A stretch of 63,613 bases of DNA, filler included, from Sphacelaria rigidula (GCA_964200075.2; 8 parts of 8 records of this genome joined end to end with filler, not necessarily neighbours in it); one strand, 5' to 3'; counted from the whole stretch's first letter, positions 1 through 12,673 are shown. A program made the numbers and translations. Notes: generated from the sequence alone by a model not told the origin.

Positions 1-643
1 ATACGACCTATTGCCCATATCACGCACATCGAGAACGCCTTCTATTTATGCGACTAATATCCGCCGTTTCAGATGTGCCCAGCGCCGATCGCTCCTGACA
101 GCGTGCCCAGTGTGTTCATGTGGTTGTCATGTCACCTGCTCCTTGCTGCATGGCACCCACCTTTATCACCCGTCGCACCCGCAGCGTCTCATGACCCGCC
201 TGGCGGAAATCGCGCAGGAGCTCGGCGAAGACAGAGCCCCAGGTGTCTTTGGGGAAACCTGTGACGGTGAATGAACGACCAATCCTCACAACCGGCGCCG
301 CGCCTGCGTTGCTCCCGTTGTTTTCTTGGCCCCCTGTGTCCGCATTATACCCTGGGAATCCTCCCTGTACGGCGGGAGAACACGAAGGAACGAGTGAGAG
401 TACCATTGTCCAAACCGTAGCCTCCCCCCCGCCCCCGATCAAAATCTTGTAATCCCGACACCGTTGGGTGGGGAAAGTGGGGCCAGCGCTGTGTGAAAGG
501 GAACGCACGTTTGAGATTGAATGAGGTTGCGTATTCGAGTCATTACTATAGCGCTTGCAAACCATACCGTAATGACATCATGACATCATCTACTGTTGCT
601 GTCCGTCTCCTCCGAGCGGGTATCCGATAGGCGATCCTCATCG

Positions 644-1312
644 TCACAAAAGTAATCGCTGAAATCGCACCAACTGTGTTCGCACCCCCTTTTCACCAAA
701 GTGCAACACCAACTTACTTAGATTGAACACCCTCAGCGGACCTCCTAGGAGAGTGGCCATGATGGGGAATGCGAACTGCTGCGTGAAAACCCCCGGCGTA
801 GATATATGCCACAGCTGCCGCACGAACATCAACCGTGTGGTGTCCGTCGAGTCGAGAGACAACCCGTCGTCCACTCCGGGAGACACGGTCCACCCGGAGG
901 TTGCCAGATCTTCTCTGACTTCCGTGCTGTAGCAGGGTCAGGCTCCATAAAAATCATATTGATCACCGAGGAACAACTCCATGTACTTGATCCCCGTAAT
1001 CACGATGGCCAGTCTCAGCTTCTTGGCCGGCCGCAATATGGCCTTCCGACGGTCGCCCCTCCTACCTTTCGCGATGATCAGCGTCGTGACGGCATTCATG
1101 AAACAGTCCCCGTTCCCAATGCACTGGAAAGCGATGCCAACCCCACCACCATCTTCGGGGTTTGTCCCTTTCAAAAGGGCCTCCGTTACTCTGTCGACGT
1201 CGACTCCCTTCTTCAGGAGGTCCTCCTTGACCTTGACGACATGCATCCGAGGAGGCACGCGACGGAGGGCCGAAGGGTGAGACTGTGTGTGTCTCTGAAA
1301 ACATATCTTCAA
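644..1312 (-). pseudogene. OTU/vertnin-like cysteine protease relic (one frame, internal TGA at 938-940)
   Basis: ORFs 938..1312 and 644..886 share a frame. Motifs VDRVTEALL...CIGNGDCFMNAV...LRLAIV...ISTPGVFTQQFAFPIMATLLGGPLRVF follow the order of OTU/vertnin motifs (GDGNCL..A; LR; G.Y....ALA.VL..PI). Candidate Cys at 1103-1105. Confidence 0.5.
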
Positions 1313-1870
1313 CGCAAACGGAGTTCCGCGACTTGTACGTCACACCTCTTGATGGCGTGTCGGGTGGACCTCGATATCGATGACCTTGTTCCTTATCCGC
1401 TTCAAACAAAGTACAGTTTGTAGAGTAGGTCACCTCCAGTACACGTACGAGCAGGTTCATGATGATATGCAAGTGGAATAATCTGCTGTAGGCGTTTTCT
1501 ATTGGTTGACGGACTTGCGGATCTGATCGGTAGACTATGTGGATTTGAACATCACATGCTTCACCCATGTGGTTACATCCGACAACGAAGGCTGTGTGTT
1601 TATGAATAACAACTGTCTTGCAGTCTCCAGGCCCTGGTGAGGAAGGAAGCCCTTGGAGCAATCTTGTGAACTTGCTCTGAGTCCAGGAGGGCCCTATAAT
1701 ATACGTTTATTAAGGGGAACCCGCTGGTTTCTGGAAGAGGTTTTTCAGCTGTGGACAGCTGCGGAGAAATTGTATCAAAATTTGAACACAGTAGTGTGCA
1801 CTCTGTAATGTGAGGGAGCTCGCTGGCAACGGAGAGACGGCTAGGTTGGCTGGAACTGTTGCGTGCAGCT

Positions 1871-4724
1871 ATGGCAACGCGCAAGAAAGTGGGTGATGGC
1901 GATGCAGGCGAAGAGGTGAAGTTTAAGTTTACTGAGCCCATGCCTGCAGGATCGCTGAAAGCCCCAGAGTACGGACGGCATTTTAGCGAAAATGCGTCCC
2001 GACGTTTTTATCAGAAATACGTCGAGTATGAAGAGACGGTCAAAATAAACAACGAAGGACGTAGTATGTAGGCCGTCTTACTGACTGTTACTGAAAAGGT
2101 GCCGAAGCACATCCGTGCGTGTTTGTCACGCACGATTTTTGACGGATCCGTGCTTGACGAAGACGATCTCAAGGAGGCACTAGGCCGACATGCGAAATGT
2201 TGGCAGGATGAAGAGATTGATCCTTCAGTTTCTGCTGCTGGTGTGCGAAAAGCGTTGCCGGCCCCCGCAACGAGCAAACTGCAATGGGAAGAGTAGAAGG
2301 GCAGTGGGGTGCCCCGCAGGAATGTTTTGCGGAGAATACTAGCGCTGAGCGTGCGTTCCGCGATGATGCAGATTTCAAACCAGGACCCGCTCAAAGCATA
2401 ACTCGGGAAATGTTGAATGGGCTGACCCCCCCCCCGAACTGAAAACTAAAGTCCTCAACATGTTGAACATGAAGGGGGGGTGGGAGGAGGACCCTCGGCT
2501 TGTGTTTAACACGGCTCGGGAAGCAGCGGAGGCATGGAAGACGGTGGAAGCGACGGATAAGCAGCGCCGTCAGCAGCCGCAGCTGAAACAAAGGAGTGGC
2601 AGCGGGACCTCCGGATCCAAGCGCGAACCGAATGGTGGGAAAACGGCGACCGCTGGCAGTGAGACTGCCAATTCCAGGAAATCTCGGAAACCGGGCCAAA
2701 GCTATGCAGGTTATTTCTCATGTGGAGACAAGGGCCACTTCGTGCAGGATCGTAAGCAGCAAAGCCAAGCTGATGCTCCACAACATACTATAGGTGGGCA
2801 GTCGAAGGCCGGCGACAAGCAGCAGCAACAACAGCAGCTGTCGCAGGGCCCTGGACAGGTGCCTCGCGGAGGGGGCACGAGTCCCGCCCCTACAAGGGCT
2901 GTCTTTTCAGCCGATGGACAAAGTGCTCCCAGCGGGGGGGCGACGTTGCCACCAGAACCGGTCGCTTCTACTGGTGGCGTGCAGCAGACAATCTCATCGC
3001 ACTCGTTCACGGTTTCGACCTCTGCGGCGGTGCCAGAATGGAGATCGCTCAAAGCGGGTGAGGTGTCAGGTTTTCAATCTGAGGGTCTGCAAGTAGATCA
3101 CAAGGAAAGGTGGTCTCTTGCCGACTTGTCTGTCCCGAGTGCAGGGGCAAAGGGTGTTTGCCCGGTCACGGCTATTTTAGATTCAGGATCTGGACTTACC
3201 ACCATGTCAGCTGGTATGGCGGCGAAATTGCAAGCCATGGTTCCAGATGTCCAAGTGGTGAGATGGATGGCTGGTGAATAGTTGGTGAAATTGGCAAATA
3301 GCAATGCTGAGCGCGTGAAGCAGAAAACTTGCCCGGTCTGCATCACTTTACACACCAGCTGGGGACCGGTTGTGCTGGACCCATGTTCATATGCGGTCAT
3401 ACCGGGTACAGATGATGTGATCATCATGGGGAGCCCTACGCTGGAGGCGCTGGGCATTGACGTGTACAGTAGCTCAGGTGCCTGTGCACGTGTAAGAAAC
3501 ACTTCGGTGCGAGGTGTAAACACGCCTGATTTTACGGACTGTCGGCGTGTCAGTGCCGCGGTTGACGCTTTACAGCAACCAGGAGGTCGGGCGGAGCCCG
3601 TTTATTCCTCAGTCGAGCGGTTGTTGTCGAGAAGCCCGGCGGTGAGCATATCCCCGGAACAAGAGCTTGCTGAGCTTGATTTTGCGCCGTAGGAGGCAGT
3701 ACAAGTCGCCGCGGGTAACGGCATATCGGATAGCGACGTGAGCAAAATTCGTGAGCCTGTACGGAACAGAGCGAGCATGTTTAGGCGAGTGCTGCATGCT
3801 TATCCGCCTGATCGCGTCGAGCCCTTGAAGGTGGAATTCAAACCTGCTGCTGAGGAGGCAAAGGCTCGGCTTAGGGCGTACTTTCCGGTCAGGATGGCGT
3901 GGTTGGCACGCTGCATCGCAACAATGGTGGCGCTCGAGCTCGTGTACTGCAGTTTGCAGGTAGAGTGGGCGAGAGCGACGATTGCAACGCCCGAGAAGTC
4001 CTGTTTTCGCTGGATGAATGCATACAAGGCGGGGGAGGGAGTTTCCCGTCACCACAAGGAGGTGGTGCATGGTGTTCGCCCAGGGAAGGTTTTTCATTTC
4101 AATTTTCTCAGTGTTGGCGAGGGTGGTCCGCTGGGAGATAATGGCTTGGACAAAGGAGATCGATTCAAGTACATATTGGTAAGGATGGATGACCCGGGCG
4201 ACTTCGTGCGGTTGGAGCCCGCGGAGTCTTGTACGGCGGCAACGACGGTGAAGCATCTGTTGACATGGTGCAAACAGCTGGGGCCGCAGGAGGGGTGGGT
4301 CAGCGATACGGTATCGCAATATGAGAATCGTGTGGTGAGAGTGCTCAAGAAGGCGCTGATGGATCGCAGATTCGTGGTGGCCAACTCGCGGTTGTCACAT
4401 TGCGAATGTGAGCGAATGGTGCCTGACATTGTTCGTACCTTGAAGGTCATAATGCAGAGAGGAAGCCGCGATGCCAACGCCTGGGTGGGTTTGGTACCTG
4501 CCGTGCAGTGGGCATTGTACACTGGTTTTCGGGACAGCTGTGAGAGCTGTAGCTGCATCTATGATGCGAGGAGCGACGGTTGGAGTGGAAATGCTACTCT
4601 ACGGTGTGGACGAGATTGTAGCCGGAGCCACACTATACGGCCGGCGACAATGATATGGCGGAGCACGTGGAAATCGCGTCGCCACATGTGGAAGCGACCC
4701 AGATGCAATTCACGTTCAGCTTGA
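1871..4724 (+). mobile_element. Degenerate, internally deleted Ty3/Gypsy LTR retrotransposon (gag, protease, RT N-terminus fused to integrase core)
   Basis: Gag-like region from ATG 1871 with stops; decayed zinc knuckle YFSCGDKGHFVQDR; protease AILDSGS (~3170-3192) and IIMGSPTL; RT start (EWARATIATPEKSCFRW) runs straight into integrase core (FHFNFL..KYILVRMDD..WVSD..ECERM). No LTR recognised. Confidence 0.85.
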
Positions 4725-5914
4725 AGAGGTGGCTGAGTAGCACGGCCAGGACGCTGCCATCCAGGCGTCTCGCTGAAAAAGCTTCAAGAGTGGTTGAGGC
4801 AGCCTATTGACCCGGCGCACACCGCCCCCCCCCGCTCGCTTGCCAAACGTCAACACAGTAACCGCGGCAAGTGAAAACGCTGTGCGAGGCACGCAGAATC
4901 ATATAGGAGACACCAGGCGGACGTGATTGCAAGCGTCCAGACAGGCGATATTTTAGCAAAACGGTCGACGACCGACCGGGACAGCCTTTCGCAACCAGCC
5001 TAACCCAACTACAACTGCAGTCAGCAACTACACTTCACTACAGTGCAGTATAACTGAATAACGATGTAACGGTCTTCCATGCCAGAAGACAGAAGGTATG
5101 CAATATCATTGCATGAAACCCCAAGGCCGCCCACTAGGACAGACGGTCCAAACGCGATAGCGCCAGCCGGAGTAATACACCTCTCGCAGCACAAAGTACG
5201 GGTGTGCAACGTTCAGGCATGACCAACCCCCAGTATAGAGGTGGTGTCGTGGAAACGTACAGCACAAAGCGCAGGGTGATATGTGCCGTAAGAGCACAGC
5301 CTACAAAGTGACAGCGTGTATCGGACATGCCAAAGTAACGGCCCCCGCCTACGGTGCACCAGGAGTATGTATAACGGCGGGGTACATGACATCCTCGTCG
5401 CCGTCATGGAAAAAATCGAACCGCAGTATGGTACCGCATAAACACGTACGACAGAGTACAGTAGCGTGCAGGACATGAATTACCATTGACATAAGTTGAG
5501 AATATCATGATCACACGCAGTACAGATAAGCAGGTGAACACATCCCCACAGGGCCTGACGGTGACTGTCCGCGAATACAGACGGTAGACGGGGGCATATG
5601 TGAGGTAAATGTGCCGTCGGTGTCGCCTTTGTTATTGAAACTTAGGCGCAGGCTTGCTTTTGATGCGGTGCAAAGCATCTACTGGAGGTGCGGCGTGAAG
5701 ATTGCTACACGAGCAGTCAGCCGTGCACTCTGGCCGGGGTTACAAAACGCCGACGGGTCGAACAATTCGCCATGCCCGTAAAATAGAGAACTTTCAAAAC
5801 TTCTTTGCTTCCACGTTTCATTCGCACGGGTCTGAAAAACACGCTTTGGGCGAGTCGTTTGCTCGAAGTCTGTAGAAAAACAAGCATTTCTTGCTCGAAA
5901 AAACGTCAAATAAT

Positions 5915-5955
5915 GTAAATCGTCAATTTTCCATCAACGGTTCCAAAAGGGTTAA
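5915..5955 (-). mobile_element. piggyBac-type terminus (family F)
   Basis: Minus strand reads TTAA|CCCTTTTGGAACCGTTGATGGAAAATTGACGATT; near-identical to 63396-63433, and the first 17 nt match 16064-16080. Confidence 0.65.
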
Positions 5956-6420
5956 GGGCTCTAAAGGCCTGAGGAAGGGTGGCTTCCCCGTCTCCCCACA
6001 AGGTATTTAGGAACGACGACATACTTTTTGCAAGCGCATGTAACACTGACGAGGGAACAGAGAGTTTATCTTCTATGAAAATCCACGTTTTCCCACCTGC
6101 AAACCGTTTTATGCGCATTGTTTTCTAACAAGAACGTTAAAACTGTCCATTTCTGTTCAGTTCTGTACTAATTGCTGTATGTCAATCCCAACAAAGTTTG
6201 GTATTGCTGTTCGACAGTATCTTCGCACGGTTGGCCGGACCCGAAGCGGCTACTTACCCTCAGGTCTTAAGAATCCTATAAATTGTGTGGATGTACTTGA
6301 GAAAATCGTAATGTTCAGTTGTTACAGCTGCTCCAAAATTCGGTGCATGTTGTTACGGTGAGTGACCTCTGTGCAGACGGCAGTCAGTACAGTAGAGCAA
6401 CGAAAGCTAGCTATGAAGAA

Positions 6421-6860
6421 CACGGGATCTTACAAATTGGGGATGGATCTTTTATTGGGGATGGGAAACCCGGAGAATTAAAATCTTAGTATCCACACCA
6501 AATCTTTGAAGTATGGTTGCGTTTCTTCACCTGCTGATAGCTATTGACAACTGCTACACGCCATAGAAATTTGGATTTCGATCACCAAAATGTTGGGGTC
6601 CTAGGTGAAAAGCCAATTCCGGAACCACTTTGGCGCCCGTTCGGACACCCGGAATTCCCCAAAATTGATTCTTCACCTGGGACCCCAACATTTCGGTGAT
6701 TGAGATCCAAGTTCCCATGGCGTGTAGCCGTTGTCAATAGCTATCAGTAGGTGAAGAAATGGAACCATACTTCGAAGATTTGGTGTGGATACTAAGATTT
6801 TAATTCTCCAGGTTTCTCATCCCCGATAAAAGATCCACCCCCAACTTATAAGATCTCGTG
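6421..6860. mobile_element. Foldback MITE family A (440-bp palindrome), copy 1
   Basis: CACGGGATCTTACAAATTGGGGATGGATCTTTTATT...ATAAAAGATCCACCCCCAACTTATAAGATCTCGTG with ~200-bp arms; homologous copies at 43987-44408 and 45262-45698. Confidence 0.9.
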
Positions 6861-7865
6861 TTGAATGGGTTTGCCTGCCGTACTGCCACCAGCGTTGCTT
6901 GAAAGCCACAAGACCTTTGCGGTCGGCGGTTAAGGGTGTGGATGTCAAATGCAACGACAAGTAATTGATCATAGAGCAATCTTGTTCCTCGTGAGGTCAT
7001 TCTCGCCCCAGCTTGTATTGATTCTGGAAAGCTGCTGTACCGCGGGGTTCCCGCAGCGGAGGTGTGCTCCAGATTGCAGCATGAAGGCACCCCTCTGCAC
7101 CACGCTAGCAACAGTGAGGGCACCACTATAGGTATCATTTTACACTCCGCATATCAAGAGGGTCTCCACAAGTTTTGATCTCTCTCTAACACACACCCCA
7201 ACTGGCCTGTGGCAGGCTCTTGTGGTCGGGCGCCATGATGGTCACATGTCGGTTAACATCAACGATGAATAACACCCCCCAAGTTCAAACTGGATCTGTC
7301 ATTGCCGCAGCACCCTCCTTGCTGGCATGTGTGTGACAAAGAAGAGTAGCGGTGACGGAAACATTGCCCTGTTTTTCAACGACGTGTCCTGCAGCGCACA
7401 AAGGCACGTCCTGTCCCAAAAATGAGGCAGAGAGAAATCGATCTTCGATTTTTCGGTGAGCTCCACAGACAAGGAGAGACCGCATCCAGCGCACCTCGAT
7501 ATTCTTTGGGGGGCTGTGCTATAGCCTCTGCCTACGGCTCGGTATCATGTGGCTACAGTGCGCAGCAATATTACACGCCTACCAGGACATGAGAAATTGG
7601 CTACATGCTGGTAACATGCCTAATGTCAGTCTCTCGAGTGATTGGTAATCGCCGAGTGAGGACACGTCCTTGACACGGGTGAGGAGCTTCTTCCCTGCCG
7701 TTGCTTCTCTCTCTGGTGATATCGTCATCGACATACGTGTACACCGCATTCGTTCAGTGCACCTAGCCACAACTACTTAACTGCCGCAGATTTGGGGGGG
7801 GGGGGGGGGGAAGATGGTTTGCGTCTGACTAAGGGTTGCGCGCTACCCCGGAAAAAAAAATAGGC

Positions 7866-7965
7866 NNNNNNNNNNNNNNNNNNNNNNNNNNNNNNNNNNN
7901 NNNNNNNNNTTAATTAATTAANNNNNNNNNNNNNNNNNNNNNNNNNNNNNNNNNNNNNNNNNNNN
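7866..7965. other. Artificial contig linker
   Basis: N44-TTAATTAATTAA-N44, with stops in all six frames. Confidence 0.99.
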
Positions 7966-8149
7966 TAGTGTGACACTGTGTAACATTTAATGTCCGAAGT
8001 TGGTGGGCGCACCGCTTGAATCACTAGGGTTCGGGTCTCTTTCGTGAACTCCGGCGATCCATCTGCTCGCCTTGCAACTAGTGGCTTTGGACTATCCTTT
8101 TTGATACGGTATCGCGGGGGGAGGGGGGGGGGATTTCTAGTGTAGACCT

Positions 8150-9423
8150 AATGTGCCTTCATTGTTGCCGTGCGCAAGCGTGGTTTGTCGGAATTTTGTA
8201 AAACAACAGCTTGACAGACGTGAGCTGGTCCTGATTCCATATATTTTGTACGCAAACGCCGTGTCGCTTTATTCTCGAGTGCCGGTATCCACCAGGAGAG
8301 ACGTTCATAGCAATTTCGGCATGCCGCTTCTTTTTTGCTTTCCAATCTCCCCTAACTGAACTCGGTATAATGTTAACATCATGTGGCGATGTGTGAGAAC
8401 CTCCTAGCGGCAGGGCAAAGGCAGGTGTGATGGCCCGTGGCCACCGTTGAGTCAGCTGTTTTGTGTAATCACAAATCAGGCAAGGGTTTTCCTTCTCTGA
8501 TCCCCCTTATTTTCGCTGAAATACAGAAGAAAGTCGTTCATTTTCCACAGCTGGAGGCACGGCGTCCACGACGCCAGCTGTCGATTCAGGTGGCTCAAAT
8601 ACAAGATTGTTCGCCGAATTTCCGAATAAGCGAGTTGCGGTATGTTTAGAGGTCTCAACATGATTGTGTTATCGGGGACGATCGACAGAAAAGTCGTCTG
8701 CGTGAAAGGAGAAGTTTGGCACGGGCAAAAGGGGCGACTTCCTTCCCTTGGTTGATGTTCGATTTGTCCTGAATAGACAACTGGTGTAGTGGCGTGTGAT
8801 TTGGGAACCCACCTACCTCATGGACACGCACTTTGGCGGAGATCGCTCGTCAAGGTTGTTATGGGAAGGGATATCTTCATTGCGCATCATGTTTTTCGTG
8901 AGGTGCATTTTGTAGCTTTTGTAAGAAATTCGTATTGCCTAGCAATATTCGCATTCGGCGGAGTAATCGTGTTGTCTGTAAGGTCGACGGGCACAACACG
9001 TGAATGGAGCTTAGGAGTGGCATGTATGTGTACCAAGAAGCTGGCGCCATTTTCCCCTCTTTTGTTGTGCGGTTGCCTGCGGAGCATCGGTGGATGTAAA
9101 TTATGTTGCCTGAGATGGTAACCTAACGGTGCTGTCTCCGTGTGCTTGAGGAGGTGTGTGAACAAACAGTATGTAGGTTGGTGTAAGATGGCTTTTCCGT
9201 CTCTCTCCTTTGATGAATAACGGGTAGGTAGTGTGCCCATGGCTTGGTAAAAATTGATGAGAAACATACGTAGCGCGAGTGATCGGCCCACTTTATATTG
9301 AAACTGAACCGATACGAGAGGTGAAGCAGTGAGAGGGTTTATCATTGCGGGTATGTTTTCTGTGGGTAGTGCAACAGCAGTAGGGTTGAGCAGTGGTAGC
9401 AGCAATATATTTGCATTAAACAC
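8150..9423 (-). pseudogene. Highly decayed coding relic, possibly the region upstream of a Penelope-like reverse transcriptase
   Basis: Fragments across frames (VQFQYKVGRSLALRMF..NF; YLSHLNRQL; CPAARRFSHIAT*C; TKYMESG...LQNSD) occur in the order expected for PLE pre-RT motifs, but with many stops and frameshifts. Confidence 0.25.
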
Positions 9424-9696
9424 ACCATCACTCGATTAAATCAATGGACGTAGTTTGCGGTATATGGAGGTTAACCCGGCCGATGCGGTCCTGATATCCG
9501 TGAAACGGGACGATCGCGATTCTGAGTATTTTTCTGGTCTTTCCTGGGGATGGGGGGTATTCTTTTTCGGAGATAACAATGAAATGCGGCTTTGCAGAGC
9601 TCTCGCTACAAGAGAGGGCACAGCGGCATGTTGTTTTGTATGGCGTAGACTTTGAATGCAAAAATAACGACGTACTTCTATCAAAGTTATGTTTTC

Positions 9697-9952
9697 GCCA
9701 CTATCTACGATAGCTCCCTCCCAAAAGTGGATGGTTTGGAGAGGCAACATCTACACCTTCGTAGAAATGATGAAGCCGAGTACGACGAGCAGCTGGAAAT
9801 TCTCCCGCTTGGATTCGCTTTCGTAAATGTCGCCCATACCAGGTGTTTCATGCAGCCTGAACGCAAACATCAGGCGCTGTATGACTGTTGTCTTCGTGAC
9901 TGTTCTGGGCTGTTCTTGTTTTTTTTTGGGGGGGGGGGTTATCGTAGATTAT
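9697..9952. mobile_element. Sola2-like MITE (family C body)
   Basis: GCCACTATCTACGATAGCTCCC...GGGGTTATCGTAGA; body (CATGCAGCCTGA..CATCAGGCGCTGTATG) homologous to 15933-16057, 43724-44541, 49467-49752 and 52287-52529. Confidence 0.75.
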
Positions 9953-11846
9953 TTTCCCCCCGTCCTTGCTTTTCGAATATCTATCGGGTAAAGGAGGGGG
10001 TAACCTGTGACCTGTACGCGTGTGTTGGTCACGCGAGATGACACTCGCGCAATTATTATCGCCATAGATGGCCGATCATTTAAAATGGCAACCATCGGTT
10101 ACTGTTATCATGCAGTACAGCATCGTGTTAATGAGAGCGAGTGACATTTATATGTCTTGGGGGAGCCGGAGAAGTACATCCGCCGAGATGCTGAAGTGGT
10201 GTCGGATTACTGAGGATCCCTCAGAGGCCTGTGTTCCCCAGTTTCTTGTGGTAGTCCCAGTTCCGAGATATCACGTCAACCTTTCGATGAGAAATTCAGT
10301 CCGGGTCCGAACCGTGATTCTCGGACTCACGAAGTAATAATCGTTTGACAGTTTTGGAAACATGTGCGCTTTTGTGTAGCTTTTCTCGGTGCAAAGATCC
10401 CACGAATTAGTTGCTTCGAAGGTTCATTCAACTTTCACATATTGCCTTCTGTCGGAAATCCTCAATAGCGCCGACAGAACAAAAACGGATTTTCGAAGCT
10501 GATCAATTGTTTAGACCAATTCTTAAGGGCCAGTTTTTTGTTTACTCGACCGTTTGTTATCGAAATGCACGTTTGGCCAAGAATAAAAACTGCGGCCAGC
10601 GGGAAACGGAGCGTTGCCCTGGAACGGTTTCAACGACTAGAGCAAGTCATTTTGAGGTGTCAACATCCACCTAGCCCTCATTTCGGGCGTAAAACGACGG
10701 AGAAGGGCCCAAAAGGTAGTTTTTAACAGGACTTTTTTCTCCAAACCCACAAGAAATGGCTTTAAAATGCACAAAAGAAATGTAGAGGCTGTGCAGGAGT
10801 GGTTCGGACGCCAACTCCCGGAGAGGGAAAATGAGGTGACATGCGTTCATGTCATGGGATATGACCGCGTGCGAGAATTAAATTAGTACAGTGGGATATC
10901 ACGATCGTTACACAACGATCGGCGGGTATGAGGAGATCCTAGTCAAAAGTGTGCTTGAGTAAAGTAGAAATTGAACTGTTTGCTTGGCTGATTTGGCGTT
11001 TTCATGAGTTTGTGTTCGGACATAGCCTGTGCCGGATTAGCCATATGGGGGACGCGCGTGCCAACGCTTGATTGTTTGGAGGCACACGCCGGGATGACTT
11101 TGCAATATGACAGTGTTCTACGCGTGGTTAGAAGGTTTTGTGAAGAACCTCGTCCCCACCGAGTCTCACTTGCCCACAGACCGATCTACAGGCACGTTTT
11201 GGATGTAAGAAGAGCTTTCAATCGTCACCTACCCCATCGATCTCTCCTGTTCTACTCGGTCTCAAGTCCACAGCCAACCGATGTGAGTCTGTCAAGCTGC
11301 GTTGTAATGTAACCCTCCCCCCTTCACCTTATCCACCGATTTCAACTATCGTCAGGCTTGGACTGTGTTTTCCCCCAAACAGCTGGCATTGTTGTGTTGA
11401 GATTGTAAAGCTGCAGCTTGATATCACAAGTCGAACACAGGACTGGCTCGTCACATCCTCCCCTTGGGGTGCGGCTTGCTCCACTATTGCATATACTACT
11501 ACATTCAACCCATGTACGGTAGCCCTATATAAAACTACCGGGGTACAGGAAGGGTCCATCCATCTGTTGAATCGACATTGTTCTCACTTGAAGAAAGAGC
11601 AGAAGGCCCACCAGACCCACCCACCTAGCGCCGGTCAAACGTTTTCAGACAATCGGTATCAACAGATCGAAAACAGAGGGGGCCAATACGGTCAATCCTT
11701 CTCGTGAAAAAATGATCTTCCTGTTCACCTCTTTGTTGTCTTGCTTTATGGCCTATGACAGCACGACAAAAAGTAACACATTACTGTACATTTTCGTTCC
11801 TATTTTCAGTTCGTTTCGTTCCCGGCGGTAGTAGCGGGGATACAGA

Positions 11847-11874
11847 AATAATAGTAATAATAATAATAATAATA

Positions 11875-11910
<36 letters not shown>
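11847..11910. repeat. (TAA)n microsatellite
   Basis: Directly visible. Confidence 0.97.
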
Positions 11911-12673
11911 TTATTATTATCATCATTATTTTATCCGTCACATTAGCTCGATCTCTCGAACCCGTAGTCACAGAGTGCAAGGAGCATACCGCCCATACCC
12001 ATAACCCGAACAGCCCGCAGAAGAAGGCAAAAAACAAAACATCTACACGAACAAAGGGCACCGACACTACGAAAGATCCGCATAAGATCTAACAGAAGTA
12101 TGGTCCATGATTATCGACACGAATGTTTGGGCAAGATACAAAAAAGGGTACACCCTGGCGCTTTTGGAACAAAAAAGGGTAACGCTTTTTTTGCTCTGGG
12201 GCGCGGCGCTGCACGCGGGCTGAACACCTCGGAAACACCTTCCAGCACCTCAGCCCCACGCCCAAGGTGTCTGGGCAGCATACCCGTCCATTTGTGTTCA
12301 TTTTCACAAGTGTTACTGGGCTGAACTACGTCGCCGAAAATGAGAGCCTGTGAGAGCACCCTTTTTTGTAAGCAAACCAGGAGGGTACACCCTGCCCTCT
12401 GCTAAAAAATGATCTTCAGCCTTTTTTGCTTTCTTGTTGACCCTCTTTTGTGAAGTGGCGACCCTTTTTTGTGAAGTGGTGACCGTACCGCCGTCTCAGC
12501 ACAGGTTACGCCGAGCAGTCACAACCATAGCCATTTTCGGTAAAATTATTCCCCACCAAAAAAGGCCGAAGCCCAGCGACCAGAAGAGTGTAGCCCCCCT
12601 TTTGGTTGGTCCGAAGACCCGGAAGATCCAACAATGACTACAGGTCGCTTGTGTGCCGGAGCCCACAAAGATC

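Noticed and set aside
7910-7921. TTAATTAATTAA recurring every 7964 bp as a biological periodic motif
   Set aside because: It is the centre of an artificial N-padded linker.
9699-9712. CACTA/EnSpm assignment for family C (CACTATCTACG)
   Set aside because: Alignment of all ends shows the TIR starts two bases further out at G, and the clean copy has a 4-bp TSD.
11300-11330. Polypurine tract GAAGGGGGAGGG (minus) as an LTR boundary
   Set aside because: Not followed by TG, and no recognisable pol sequence upstream.
11687-12487. TACGGTCA...TGACCGTA as hAT TIRs around AAAAGGGT/ACCCTTTT motifs
   Set aside because: Only an 8-bp match and no TSD; probably transposon debris, but the boundaries are unsupported.
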